A program made the translations under genes and the position numbers. Below the pieces are notes generated by a model. It ran no database searches and was not told the DNA's origin. It saw only the letters and a list, made by a program, of their open reading frames with translations. Source: Amoebophrya sp. A120 (lineage: Eukaryota; Protista; Dinoflagellata). From it: a stretch of DNA of 64,000 bases. Below, one piece after another: positions 25,633-39,003 of this stretch (the first letter of the stretch is position 1; each line of letters starts with the position of its first letter). Location of the stretch: the NCBI GenBank assembly GCA_905178155.1, contig CAJINV010000002.1, positions 8,575,224 through 8,639,223 of the forward strand, given 5' to 3'.

Positions 25633-26791
25633 GCAAGGACGAGCAAGAACGTCGCTGTAGTCCTCAAGCATGCAATGACAGAGATGCTGCAGCTGCTGGA
25701 TTCAACACCAAAATGCGCGGCCAAGTATCGCAATCTCAAGCTAAATGTAGAAGAATAGTAGAACGCTCAGAGTGTCGTGGAATTATACCATGACCATGTA
25801 AAACGGCATCAAGCTCGCTTCTGGCTGTGGTGTAAGTGGCTTTGATGACGCTGTGGCCGGTCGTGTTGCGGACGCCGGCGGTCCGGCTCCTGCAGCAGGG
25901 GCCCGCTCGGGCCCGGGTTCGGCCGTCATGGGTTGCCGTGATTTCGACTTCTACTCGTTCTTGTCGTTTCCGTTCGAACGATTGCTACACTGTAAAATAA
26001 TCTAATATGGGTTATTCGAAACTTTTTTTGGGGGGGATGGGGTGGTGTGTATTGAAGTTGGGTCGCGGACCTGGTTCTGGTTGGCATCAAACATTCGCAC
26101 GGCGGAGAAAAGAAGACTATGATTGACTTGATGCATATTTATTTTTCGAAGTACGATTTGCTGATGCGATCGAGAAAAATTAAAAAGCGATCAGCGAGCG
26201 TATCCTTGATCTTTTTCACGTCGATCATTGCGATCCAATCGAAAATATTTCTCATACAGAAGCAAATATTGACAAAAGTTATCAAAAAGTACTACTTTGC
26301 ATGAGGGCTACAAAAGGTAGACGATACGCCGTCTTGTTTTTTACACTCTTTACTATCGCAAAATACATTATACCGCCCCTTTTACATTTTAATTTTCCTT
26401 GCTTATTCACCATGCCACCATGATTGAACACTCTGCTATACTTTATCCTCCGTTTTCAACCACCCACTTGAAGCACAACGGTATTATGTGCGGATGTGCA
26501 ATCAATCTTGTCAAAATGTTCTTGTCAAAACCAATCAGTTTGAAAAGAAAACAGCACGGCGTGGTGAAGAACATAATTTTTGCGCATAAGTATGTAGAGC
26601 CTCACAAAAACTAACTCATGTCAACAACCAGCATCAAACTCAAACATAAACACCCCCAGTGGTTCTTATGTCTGGACTTGAGGCTGGTGCTAGCGACAAG
26701 CAATTCGACGTCCAATACGACAGTATGAACAAACATAAAAATGGATACGCCTCTCTATAATCCGCCAAGAGCAAGACTTCCCCCTCCTGGC

Positions 26792-29189
26792 TCAGTCCAT
26801 CGCCCCCATTTCCTGGCCGCTGAGGTCCAGGGTTGGCATGCCGTACTCGTCTGTGTTGTAGTTGAACTCTTCTGCCAACAGTCGGACGATGGACAGAATC
26901 TCTTTTTCCATCGGGCGGACCGCGGTGAACACGTCCATCATCTTGTTGTGCAGCCGGTCCAGCTCGGAGTTCAACCGCTTTGCCTCCGGCGCGATGGCGA
27001 ACACGAACTCCCCGAGCTTTCGTATTCTCTTCATCAGCGTCTTCGTTCTCGTGTTGTTGCGCACCATGTCGTAGGACTTCGCACTCCCCTCCATCTGCCG
27101 CATCCCGTCCAGAAACTCGTCGATGTCCAGTTCGCCGTCCCCGGACGTATCCAGGATCAACCAGAGGTCCGCGAGCTCGGCCTTGTTCAGGTTGATCTCG
27201 TTCAATTTCCGCTGCAGTGCGAGGTTGGTCCTCATCGCTTCGTCCAGTTCCTCCGCGGTGACCTGCCCGGTGCCGTCGATGTCCATGGCCTTGAAAATCG
27301 ACTTCAAGAGTTTCCACTGCTTCACGCGCTTGTGCTCGCGGAGTCTTCTTTCGATGTCCGCGTCTTTCGCCGACATGACGAACACGGTCTGAATCACCAC
27401 GGCGGTGACCAGGTTGAAGAGGACAAAATTCACGGATATGATGCAGAAAATCGCGGTCGGCCACGCCCAGCTGTTCCGGTCCCGAACGTGGCGCACGATG
27501 TCGGCCCAGTGGCACCGCGTGGAAACCTGCAGCGCGGAGAGCATGCTCCGCGGCACGGTGCCGAAAAGGTCGCCGACCGTGTCGTCGTGGATCAAATTGT
27601 CATCCTTCCCGACCAGAACGCAGAAGAAGATGCCGAACAGGAAGGCGAGGAAGATGAAGTCGATGATGGACCAGAACAACAGCCGCCCGGACACGAGGAA
27701 GGCCCGCAGCATGCGCCACATCAGGTTGAAAGCCGGAATTGCACGGATGGCGCGAGCCATCTTCAGCAGACGGAGCAGACGGAGGATGGAAAAGTTGCGC
27801 ATAAAGTCGGAGGAGACACCTGACAGATAATTCGTTAAACTATTCAAGTGGTACGTTCGGCACGTCGGGCTTATTATTTGTGTGGGCAGCTGCTTATAGC
27901 CATAGTACAAGTGGTGCAACTGCAAGTGCGAAAATGAATATAACCTGCCGGTTCCAAGATCCACATGACGAGCACCCCGGTGAGGAAGACCAGCGCCACG
28001 TCGCACATGTTGTAGAAGTCCAGAATCCAGGGCCAGCCGTGCGCCGCGACTCGCATGCCGATCTCCACCATGAAGATGAAGGTGAAGCAGTGCTCCATGA
28101 TGATCAGGTACAGGGGTAACCCTCCCGGGTGCCGTTCCGCGGACAAAGCCAGTGTCACGGCGTTGGTCAACATGAAGACCATGACCACCGCCTCAAAGGC
28201 GGGCACCGTGACGATGCGTTGCAGTTTGGGAAACGGGTGTACGAATTCGGGCCGCTCGCGCCGCCGCTCCTCCTGCCGCTTCATGTACTGCAGCCGGGCC
28301 CAAAAGCCGTTGCCCACCACCAGTTGCTCCTCGATCATTTGCATGGTATCCTTGATGCCCTCCTGACCCTTGTCGGCCATATCCTGTTTCACCTGGTCCA
28401 TAGCGTTCAGCATCTCCTTGTCGCCCTCTTCGTAAGTCTTGTGCTGCGCTCCTCGGGTGTCGCGCTCCCCGACCTAAGATGGTTTTTGATATGAAGGAAG
28501 AACAGAGAGTTGTGTAAACAGGAGGATGCACGGACAAAAAGAGAGTTTTCGTGTAGTCAGGACAGAGGATTCGCCATGCTTTTCCAGTCTATGTTGGCAA
28601 GAGCCGTTGTAGCTGCAAATAACGACAAGAAAGACTGCACAGCAACTGTAAGATCTCAAAAGCGAATACTTTCTCGTATAGCACCATTACCAACTATTAG
28701 TACCTGTTCCATGGTTTTCAGCGCAGCTTGGCGATGCTGCAACCCTGTATCTTCGGTTTTTTTCTGCATGAACGATTGTACTTTGTTTTCGTGTTTCCGT
28801 TCGTCTTGCGTCATCTCCTTGGACTTCGCTTTGTACTCTTCGCCCTGGTACTGCTTTCCCCTTTCCCGCTCCTCCATTTTTTTCAAGTACTCTTTGTCGA
28901 CCCCCCGTCCGTCCGGTCCAATCTCTATTGCGGAATCCTGCTTCGCGAACGAGGGCGCGCCGCGCGATATGTCCGGCGCGGTTTCGTGCCCCGCCTGTCG
29001 GTCGGTAGCCCGGGGGGCTCCGACCCGGACCGGCCCTTTGGGGGACTGGATGCCGTCGGCCACGTCGGACAGCTCGGGCACGACATCGTTCGGGGTGGCA
29101 TTGGGCAGCGAGTATTCTGTGTCCTCGGGACTGGCGTTCACGTAGTACTTCGAGCTGGACGGCTGGCTACCGCCCTTTTGCTCGGGCAT
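26792..29189 (-). CDS. Single-domain 6-TM voltage-gated ion channel with two EF-hands, ~680 aa
   Basis: S2 FTFIFMVEIGMR, S3 YNMCD, S4 LRLLRLLKMARAIR, pore FGTVPRSMLSALQVST..W, S6 FNLVTAVVI; EF loops DIDGTGQVTAEE and DTSGDGELDIDE. GT-AG introns 28474-28703 and 27820-27944. Confidence 0.92.
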
Positions 29190-29859
29190 GGTTGCCGGTG
29201 CGGGAGATAGTTTCGTTTGTCTGGACCAGACCTGCAGCCAACGGTGGTGTCGATGAAGACGCTTCTCGTCCGTGCAATGTCCGCAGCTCTTCTTTTGTTT
29301 CAGATTCAGACGCCTGTCTTACCAGGAGTGGAATGAAGATTCTGACGCAAGAAGGCGAACATCAAGAGCCAACTCCAATCCAAATCGAGTTTGCGTCGGA
29401 ATTTGTTACTTTAGTAGAGCAGCAGCAGCTGGAGCTATTATTATTAACATTAAGCGCCATAAAACTTTTTCGCTCAGACGCGATCGCGCTGCATTTCGCT
29501 CTTCGCAAAAAGCACCATTCTCAAGAGCGTGTCTTCCGATTTTTTTTGCCCTCATCCTCATACGGCTGGAGCTCGGGCCAACAGATGAACGCGGAAAGAC
29601 AAAGAGTGACCTAGTACACCCCGAATGCTGCAAGCTACCGAACCAATATCGTGCTCCTTGCGCTCGAGCTCTTGCCGTGCTACGACCAGCAATGCCATCT
29701 CTCCTACTTCCCCCCGAACCCGATGGAGAAAATTTGCGTATACTTATGCAGAGGAGAATGTTGAGCGTTCTTGCGGCCAGCGACCAAGAAACAGTCAGCG
29801 TCCAGTACGCCGGCCGATATTATTCGTATTTGAGCGGCAATGCGCAGAATGCGTGTCGA

Positions 29860-30800
29860 CACGCCTGAGGAAGTTCGAGCTCTGCCACTACTCAGAGCTA
29901 ATGCGCATCCTTCCACGCGCGAGGAAAGCTCGCAGCTGCTGGGCGCGCCAGCGATTTAGGCTAGCCTGCCTGCCGCGCCAACGACTTAGGCAAGTGCCAG
30001 CGACAACGAAAAGCAACACCTGCGCGCCAGATGGCGCCACAGCTATTGAAATGGCAGGCGTGGAGGCCTGCCCGGCCCACTGCCGATGCTTGCGCCGACC
30101 GGAGCAAGGCCCCCAGCTGACGCGCGCCAACAAACAAAGAGGTAAGAGCGGGGCCTAGTGAGGCCCTGCTATTGTGCGCTGGCTTTCGCAGGAGTTCCGT
30201 AATGGCCCGCATTCTCCGAAACGCCTCACCCCGCCGCCTCGCCTGGTGTGGCCGATGACACTTGAGACAGATTCACACACCTGCGGCCCCCGCGGTCGCT
30301 CTTCTTCAATGCCAGCAGGGTGCTTTTTCGAGGGCGATCCTGTGCCAGACCAAAGCGGGCCGGCCAATGCCTGCGAAAGTTAGTGGCGCGCGGTCGCGGC
30401 TCCTTGCAGCGTAGCGCCCGCCCGAGCGAGGCCCATTGCCCGCGGTGCTGCTACTCTCGGGCGCGGCATCGCTCTCCCGCTTCCACAAGAGAGCACACTG
30501 GCCCAAAAACGGGCGCGGCGCGTGGATTTGCTTCGCGGCCTCCCAATGGCCCGACAGCTTCGGGCCTTCGCCACCCCTCGGCTCGCGATTGGGAAACGGC
30601 GGCGACGCTGCAGGCTCTTAGACTGGGCCCCGACGTGGGCCAGAGAACTGCCCCAGTGTCCCAGGCGTTGCTCTACGAGCCTCGGCCATCCATCGCGTCC
30701 ACGCCCTGTAATTCGTCGGGGCGCGCGGGCAACTACAAGAGAACGCGCAGGCCTTCCATCGCATCGATCTCGGCGGGGCTTGTTTTTCCTTCGGTGTGCA
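29860..30800. other. Second GC-rich intergenic island, degenerate
   Basis: Local GC rise with short interrupted ORFs in all frames. No TIR or domain recognised; boundaries approximate. Confidence 0.35.
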
Positions 30801-31516
30801 GCACTTGCAGTTGAATGCGTGACGTTACCGCGAACAAAAGAAAATCGGCACAAATGCAAAAGCAAATAGTGATGAGAATAACCTGGATCAACAGACGCAG
30901 ATAGAGAACTCTCGCTCCCCACGGTAAGCTCATTGTCATGCGTTGGGTATGTCGAATTTGTCTCACATGTCTACTCCCCTTGCGCCTCAACTCCACATAG
31001 TCAAGTAGAGGTCAAGGCGGAGGCGAAACAAATATGGTTCCTCTTTTTGCACGAACACCCATGGTCGTAGATGTGGTGAGGTGTTTCATGCACACGACAT
31101 GGCCTTGCCACAGAGTGTGTATACAAGCAATGCGTTAGCTGAAGACCCTTCTTTGAGGTCTCCTCGTTGGTCCCAAATGCGCATCCTTGTAAAAGCCTGT
31201 TGCTCTAGATTTTTCCACGACCATATTCCATTGCAATTCAAACTCCTAAGGAAATCACATTTCCTTCCCATCCTGAGAAATTCTCAAGACCAAACCGCAA
31301 GCCTAAAAAACCTTCGTTAAGTGTAAGTTGACGATAAAAACGCGTTTGCTTCAGATAAGAAGTTGATGAAAGTTCGGTGACCAAAAAAAATCACTTTGAC
31401 TTTGTTCCGTTTTTTGCAAGATACAATTCCAAACCGTGTAAGTATGCTGTTCTTAATAGTTTCACTTCAAGTTCAATCGCTTTAGTAATGAGAGTCGTGA
31501 GCCATCCACTAGACAT

Positions 31517-33981
31517 TTACGCCTTGGATTTCTTCTTTTTCTTCTTCTCACCCTCTTCTGCAGTAGCGACCGTCGTTTCAGCTTCGGCAACCGGCTCCGC
31601 AACTGCACCGGACTTCGACTTCTTTTTCTTTTTCGGTGCCTCCTCTGCTGGTGCGGTGTTTTCTGCAGCAGCCTCCTCTGTCTTCTGCTTCTTTGCGGCT
31701 GGCTCGGCTTCTTCGCCAGCTGCTTCCTCTTCTGCAGCGCGCTTCTTGTTCTTCTTTTTCTTTTTCTTCTCACCCTCCGCCTCTGTTGCGTTTACTGCTT
31801 CTTTCGATGCTGATGTTGCACTGGCACCCTGCTTGGCAAGTTCCGCAATTTCCTCTTGGACCGCCAGGAGCGCCTCTTTCATGACATCCTGGTTCTTTCT
31901 GGGCTTGACACCCTCGGTCAAGAACGTGAGTCGGTCCTCCACCTGCGTCTTCATCCTTTCGCCGTACAGTTTCGTGCCGTGTTCCGAGAACGCATCGATG
32001 CGGGAGGCAATACTGCACTTGTTCGCGAGATACCGGGAGATCCTTCCCTTGTTTTTCTGCTGGGCACGGCCGATGAAGGAACTGTGGTAGAGGAGCCCGT
32101 ACTTCGGTGTGTTACCCTTCGTCTTCAAAGCCCGGAAAAGCGCTTTTTCGGCGCCTGGAATTAATTTGGGTAAGACATTGGAATGAAGCACCGGTAGATT
32201 TGTGCGTTGATGTAGTCGTGGTTCCCAAAACGATGCAAAAAAACCCTGAAAATCGGGGTTTCTTGAACACAAAAATTGCGAAAAACAAAATTTCTTCGTG
32301 AAATACCGAGGATCTGCACCGTACTGGCAGGGTACTTTGCCAAGTTCGTCAGGGATCCCGCATGGGAGATGAGTCGCGCGCCAACGTGCTCACCGACGAG
32401 GGAAGCCAGATTCGGGGCGACGATGTCCATTTTCCGCTTCAAGTAATACGTCAACATCTGTCGCATGGCAGCCAGTTCGACGACCTAAATTGAGTTTGTG
32501 TTTGCATGTGTGAGGGGTCATGGCAAAAAAACATGCATACTCATACACATGATGTTGAGTACAACCTTCTCGATCGTGTCCCGTGCTAGTTGCGTGTTTC
32601 TTCACAAAAAACCCAAGTCGCGGCATTCGCTTTCGCATTCGAGGATATTCTCATGACAACATTGTTTGGTAAGTACCTGTGTCGCGAAGTTCTCAATGTT
32701 GTGCATGTCCATTTCGACGATGTCTTGGCCCATGGAAATTTGCAGTGCCTTGACAATTTCGTCCGCGATCTCTTCGCTGCCGCAAACTTCTACCAGTTTC
32801 GGCTTTTCGTTTTCGTAATCGAAATTCTCCTTGATGCGCAAGACCCGGGCAACCTGTTGTGATGGATTTTCGGTGCGGTTGAAAACGGAACCGCTCTTCG
32901 GCTCGGTAATGCCACCGCGGCCATGGCAAAGTTTTACAATCGACATCGAATGAACAGACAGGCACAGGCTGCATAAGAAAAGAAAGGAGCATAATCTATC
33001 ACTATCATGCAGATGCAGTATGAGAATGATAAATCTAATTTCGTGTAGTATCAGTACCTTTGCGTACACCACGTTATCGTTGACGATCTTGGTCAGTTCC
33101 GGGAAGTGCCAAGCGTACCACTCCCGCACCCGCATGGCGAAGGTATTGATGTTTTTGTCGAGGTTGTCCAAAATAGAGATGACGTTCATGATCGGCTTGT
33201 CCTGTTTTTTGTCGAGCGAATCGCAATTGATTTTTGATTTTCGTTTGATACACCACATACTCATTGTCCCTGTGTCGCGATAGTACATACAAAAAAAGCA
33301 TCAAAGATCGTCCATTCTACCTGACGATTTGGGTCCAGCTGCATCTTGTCTCGGCTGTAGCAGTGCGCCAAACCGCACCGTGCCTTTTGCAGATCCTCAT
33401 CCTTCAGATCTTTGATGAACTTCGGGAAGTGCATCAGGCACCCGCGCAGCAACTCCCGCACCGGCTGGCCGGCGTTGCAGACGAATTTGTCCTTCAACGC
33501 CTTTCCGATGTCCGCGTCGTAAACTCCGAGTGTGTAGCTGTATTAGGCAGATAATTCTTGGTGTCCATTTTTGCAACATCTTGCGCAAAAATCAACCGCA
33601 TTTGAATACTGTTATTCTCAGGAAAAATTTATTTCACAAGCTTCGCTGTAGTTCATTCGGAAAAAAAAAAACGGGACTCATCACGAACAAAATTTCGCCT
33701 CTCTCTTACGTGCTCTTCTTCTTTGCGCCGGGCAGGTTCATTTCGAGGAAGTTTTCCAGCACGGTGGTGACCTCGCCGTTGGCGATCGCCTTGCACTCCG
33801 TCAACGCCGCCTCGGCGGATTCGAAGGGCTGGAACGCGACCAGCTTTGCCATCTGGCGAAACTGCTCAAACGTCGCCATGGCTTCCTGGGCCTTGTCGGC
33901 ATCCTTCGCAATCTCCTCGCATTCGAGCTTCTGGAACAGCGCGTAGCCGTTCGCGTCCTCGTGCAGAAGGAATTGATTCAT
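31517..33981 (-). CDS. NOP56: Nucleolar protein 56 (box C/D snoRNP), multi-exon
   Basis: [88 protein letters not shown], Lys-rich tail. GT-AG introns. Confidence 0.93.
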
Positions 33982-36211
33982 TTTTTCGACAGTAAATGTA
34001 AACACAAATGAAAAACACCGTGGCAGAGTATAAAATTTATGAAAAAAATAGCGTCAACTTACAAGTGCGAAGTTTCTTTCAGGTAGATGTGGAAAAGTTG
34101 TAGCGATCAAAAGTTAGTCTTCAGCAGGTTTTTAACGTTTTCTTGTAGATTGAATTCCTTAAGAGTTTATGACTAGATTAGACGATACGATTATGTTTCA
34201 GTTGTACAACTACAATTTCTTGCAAGAGCCTGGAGTTTTCACCGTTCCAACTGCATGAGCTGAAAAACGGACTGTGGGGAGACTCATAGATTGAAATATT
34301 CAGGAAGAAGCGATTCTACGACGACTTCAATGCGTCGGGTCTCGTTGAACGAGCAGTTGAAGTATCAGTGTCGTGATCGATTGAATATTTCAGAACTTCT
34401 GGTCTGGCATACGCCTAGTTCTTGGGATCTTCATATCGCAGTTTTTCTCGTGACCGGCACACAACTCTCCAATGGCTTGTCCACGAAAGATCGTTCTATT
34501 TCACGGGAGATCGATAGAGCCACGAAGCTCTTTTATTTGGTCCGCCAAAAGTTGTTTGATCGTTTGATGTGCTTTTGTCACCATGTTGTTCCGATCTTGA
34601 TCTTTTGATTTAGATTTCTGAAGATGATCTGAATTTGTAGCCTTCGGCCTCTTTCGCTTTTTGTACATTTTCATAGTTAGAGGTTGGGGGTTGGCTTTGC
34701 ATCCGTGCCTCAAACAACAGAGCTGTTCCGTACTATCTGCATGTGTGTGTAAGAACCTCAACCTTTCCACATACACACAACAAGGAGACATAAACAACCA
34801 ACTTTTATAGAAAACACTGAACTCGAATTTGAAGAAATTCAATTGGAAAAACAAGTGAAAGTCTAGACAGACATGCATTGCCACACCGAAAAACGAAAGT
34901 TATTGAAACTGGATTATTTGAAGACACAGATATTCCATCCCCGGATCTGACTCCGCACCAGGAGCGGAAATTCGAGGCCGCATTCTCACAAATAAACGAT
35001 ACAGATCGAACATCTCCAGCATGAGTAGCAGCCACTGTAACCAAGTATAGTGATAGGGGAAAAGTACTTTTATTTTCACCCTAGTGCATAATTTCGATTT
35101 TTGTCACTTAGCGTACTATTGTCAAACAGTCATCTGTCGTGTTGCTTTGCATCGCCCCCCCAGGAAGAGACTTCGCGTTGGTGAGTATGGCAATCCTGAT
35201 CATGTCGTCACTACGGTAGATGTAAATCTATCTCGTCCACCGTGGGACGAAATAAATTTACCGCAACCAAGCTGCTTGCGGTCATCTACGACGTAGCGTA
35301 TAGTGTTGAAGGTCCAGCATTTTTACTTTTATTTTTCATTGGTGCAAACTGTTGACTACGAGAGTACTACTCAAGTATAGTTACATCCCAACTGTTTCGT
35401 ATCTGTGCGTGCCCATGCGAAGAACCGACGCTCTCGCAATAACAAAAAAGTGTCGCAGCTTCGGGCTGTAGTTGCTAAGTACATACAAAACTTGCCGACG
35501 GAAGAGTTAGTGATAGTGTCAATTGCGTTCGCATTATTCCTTTCAAGAAGGATTAGTTTTAGTTCTCGGATGAAGTCTTGATCTTCGCGCCAGCCTTTTA
35601 TTGCAGAGAAAAAATCCATTCTGTCTGCAACACTTACATCAATACATATACATTCTCTCTCTCTGTCATTAAATGAAAATAAAAAGCTATAATTATGAAT
35701 AGCGGTCCTCAAAATTAGGAAGCGTAGTAAAAATCACGTAGGTATACGACCACGCATTCCAGACTGTGATCCTTGTTCTCCATGCCTGTTGGGGCGCAAG
35801 TTTCGTGAATTGTATTGAGTACTACGAATGTTGAAAAAAGTAAGTAGCAAATATCATAAACCATAGAAAATATAGAAAACGACGAGAACTTGCACGATAG
35901 CATTCTGCTTCGGAAAAATTCTCTTCTCATGAAGGTACTTCTTGCCTGCTTCCATTTCCAGGAGAAAAGCAGCACAGCCAAAAGCGATGCTGGTGCGCCC
36001 TCCGGACAACTGACCGCGTAGAAATTATACGAGATTGTCTGCTCAGTTTGAGATTTGATTATAGTTTGACTTTGACGACTTCCTTTTGAATAACCTTCCT
36101 CATGCATCTTCATAAAGAGTTCTGTATCTTCGTGATGTAACGGTTATTTCGCGGAGATTAAACTACAGACTCAGCAAGGTGGTCGTTTGCAACTACACCT
36201 GGAAATTAATT

Positions 36212-36800
36212 TTACACGTCGTCGTCGTCGCTCATAAATTCCGGAAACGGTTCTTTCCCGCTGCCCGCCGCCACGTAGGTGACCTGCCCAGCACCCGGCT
36301 GCACAGCCCCCATGGGAGCCCCCACCAGAATGTTCTGCTTGTTGTAGTGGATGCCCCAGATCGGCGCCTGCCAGCAGCAGCACACGTAGCAACCGATGAG
36401 GCCCGAAGTGGGCGTATGCATCGCAAATATGTCGACTACTGGAACATGAAACGTATGAAGATGCTAGAGCTACAATGTGTTTTTCCAGAGGACCAAATGC
36501 GCTTTACATGAGCCAAGTGTGTTGCTGTGCGAGCTGTTGCGCACGTATCTTATGGCACTACGCAGAAAATGAAGAGGAAGCAACTTCCCTCATAGAAGAA
36601 ATTGAAAGACGAGGCTAAGTCCTTGGGAGAGCTATACAAATTGATTTCCAGCGGCCTATGTATGACATATTTGCGATTGATAAATCGGAATAAAAAGTAA
36701 AATCACGATCAAGGTGCATCCCTCATAGTTCAGCGCCGTGCACCAGGGGCAACAGAATCTTAGGCAACAGTTCGGATACGGTATGCAATAAAAACATCTC
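36212..36800 (-). CDS. Cysteine-rich membrane protein, PLAC8-like (partial model)
   Basis: Exon fragments CFYCIPYPNCCLRFCCPWCTAL and LIGCYVCCCWQAPIW. 5' end unresolved. Confidence 0.45.
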
Positions 36801-39003
36801 AGGATAAGTTTTCGGGAAAATGCGGATTGCTTTTCTTGACTACCATAACCTGCAACAAGCTGGTGGTGCGCAATTCGTATAATTCGCACTCTTCTATATT
36901 ATCAACGTGCTTGAACGGCAACAAGCATGAAAAATTTTGCTGTTCTTTTGCAATATGACACAGGAGGATTCGATACTCTTCTCAGTATTGGCTGCTCATT
37001 TTTCTTTGACGAATTTCATCTGTGCTTGTGCTTGTCATAGTCACCCACAGAAAACGAACCAGGCGGACAAGAATTTTACACTTTGCAAAAATCGCATTTC
37101 CGTATAAAGATCCTGAGGAGCGAGTAAGTTAAAAGTGGATATTGACCCGCTTGTCGCAACCGCACACACCAATCGGGTTTTTGTCGTCGCGGCACGACGT
37201 AGCCGGACGCGAGTCGTTCTGAATCACCATTACCGGGGCTTGCGGAGATGCAGCCGCCGCTATCCTGTGTAATAATTCCCTTTCCCTTCTCTGTGATTGT
37301 CATCTATCCCTTTGTTCTTCACATACAGAAAATATTATAGAGGATCCTCTATACCTCTGATGACGTGCGTTGCCTGTAGGCTGACACCTTAACGCAAAGA
37401 TGGGCGGAACCACAACTCTATATTTCCCGCAACACACTTTGATATATAATTAAAGCCTTAGAGTTGTGTCCTCCGAGTAGTTTGTTGCTACTATGAAAGA
37501 TGCCGGGGTAGCGTTAGTTGTGTCAACATATAATGCAACATATTCCTGTTTGTGCCTAGGTAGTACTCAGCGTTTCTTCATGCTACTAGCGAACCTTGTT
37601 GAACACTGGCACAGGCACTGCGGAGAGAAAATTATCACACATGATAGGCGCCGGAGGCGGAGGCGGCGCACCATAGTAGTAGTTGACCTGATAGAACATG
37701 AGTAAGAATTGGAGTTGTGTAGAGTATTGCCAAAACTAGCGAGGAGCCGCTCAAGAGCTGAAAAGAAAGATAAAGAAGCATGGCAGAATAAGTAAACAAA
37801 GGGGCATTACGTTGTAAAGGTTCATTCTTGGAAAGGTTCAAATTTGGTACCTGACCGGGAGCAGACATGTTGTTCGTCTGCTTTTTCTTCTACCCGACAA
37901 GAAGACAGTACAGATGTCGGAGTGGTGCCGGTGCGTTGAAGCAGGAGCGCGGGCTGCGACTGAGTATGAGTTTCGCGTCTTTGTCTTAGTTGCTCAGCGT
38001 TATATTCCAATCAGCACCACAGAGGTGATGAAATCGATATAATTCTCTGTTTGCAGTACCGTCGGGAGAGGCTGTCGTTCTTATTTCTTTTGATTGTTCT
38101 TCTTCTTTCCGAAGCGGAGGTCTTGCAAAATAAAAAAGGAAGTTGTAAGTATACAGGGTGAGTAGAAGTTCTTCAGGACGTTGGATTTGAAGTACTAGCA
38201 AATCAAGCACTAGCACCTGTTGCATTTCAATATGATGTTTGCAGTGGAAAGGCTAAGCCTATGACATGTCCGGTGGTCAACACACACGATAAAGGCCTTT
38301 AGAGCGCTTCTCCCGGCGAAGACAGGGGACAAATACGAAGCAGAGGGACCGAAACTCTGATGACTGCTGGTCACCATTCCGTTCTTTCAGGACCGAACTA
38401 AAGAATTATTATTCAGTTTCACACTGTCGATACGAAATACCGAAGGTTCGGGTACACAAAAATGTCAAACCGAAAAAATAGACTCGCGGAGAGAAGTTTA
38501 GGGAGCACGATTCATCACACAGAGATGGAGATCCAAAGAGGACTACCACTACACTCTCAACGAATAGGCTTTATTACACCACACACCGAAAAGATGTTGA
38601 TCTTTTTTGTATTTGTTCTGCAAGCAAAAATAGAAATACCGAAAACAAGATTCTGATTGTTGTTGTTCGCACCACATGACGACCGAAATAAAAATAGGAA
38701 ACACCGACACCAAGCCCGTCGAAAAACCGCACAACAAGAACTAGCAAGCTCCAGCTCAACGCCTTGCACGTAGTCAGTCGCCTTGCTCGTAGTCATGCTT
38801 CACTTGACTTGGCATAGCAAGTACATGTAACAAGTGCTTCCATTTGGGAGCTTGCCGAGCTCCCTCTCGTTTGCGGTCTTGTATCGATGTATGTATGAAG
38901 CTTTGCGTTTATTCACGACACTGCTGGCACGTTGCAGCTACGCAAGCCACCGATGGCATGATCAGAGCACTCTCGTAGTCCTCAAATCTGGTCCTTCCCC
39001 AGA

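Noticed and set aside
26119-26257. Possible eighth TAT...ATA element (tatga...tcata with short internal IR)
   Set aside because: No matching 5-bp direct repeat, no TGTCATGC motif and no host frame to restore.
26741-27823. Long plus-strand ORFs here and over other genes
   Set aside because: Antisense shadows of GC3-rich minus-strand coding sequence.
32155-33710. snoRNAs in NOP56 introns
   Set aside because: No sense-strand box C/box D pair in the introns I inspected by eye.
34200-36100. Short ORFs in an AT-richer stretch
   Set aside because: No consistent exon chain or domain could be built.
38340-38400. CTGATGA with nearby GAAA as a hammerhead ribozyme or C/D snoRNA
   Set aside because: The required stems and motif order are not satisfied, and there is no convincing D box or terminal stem.
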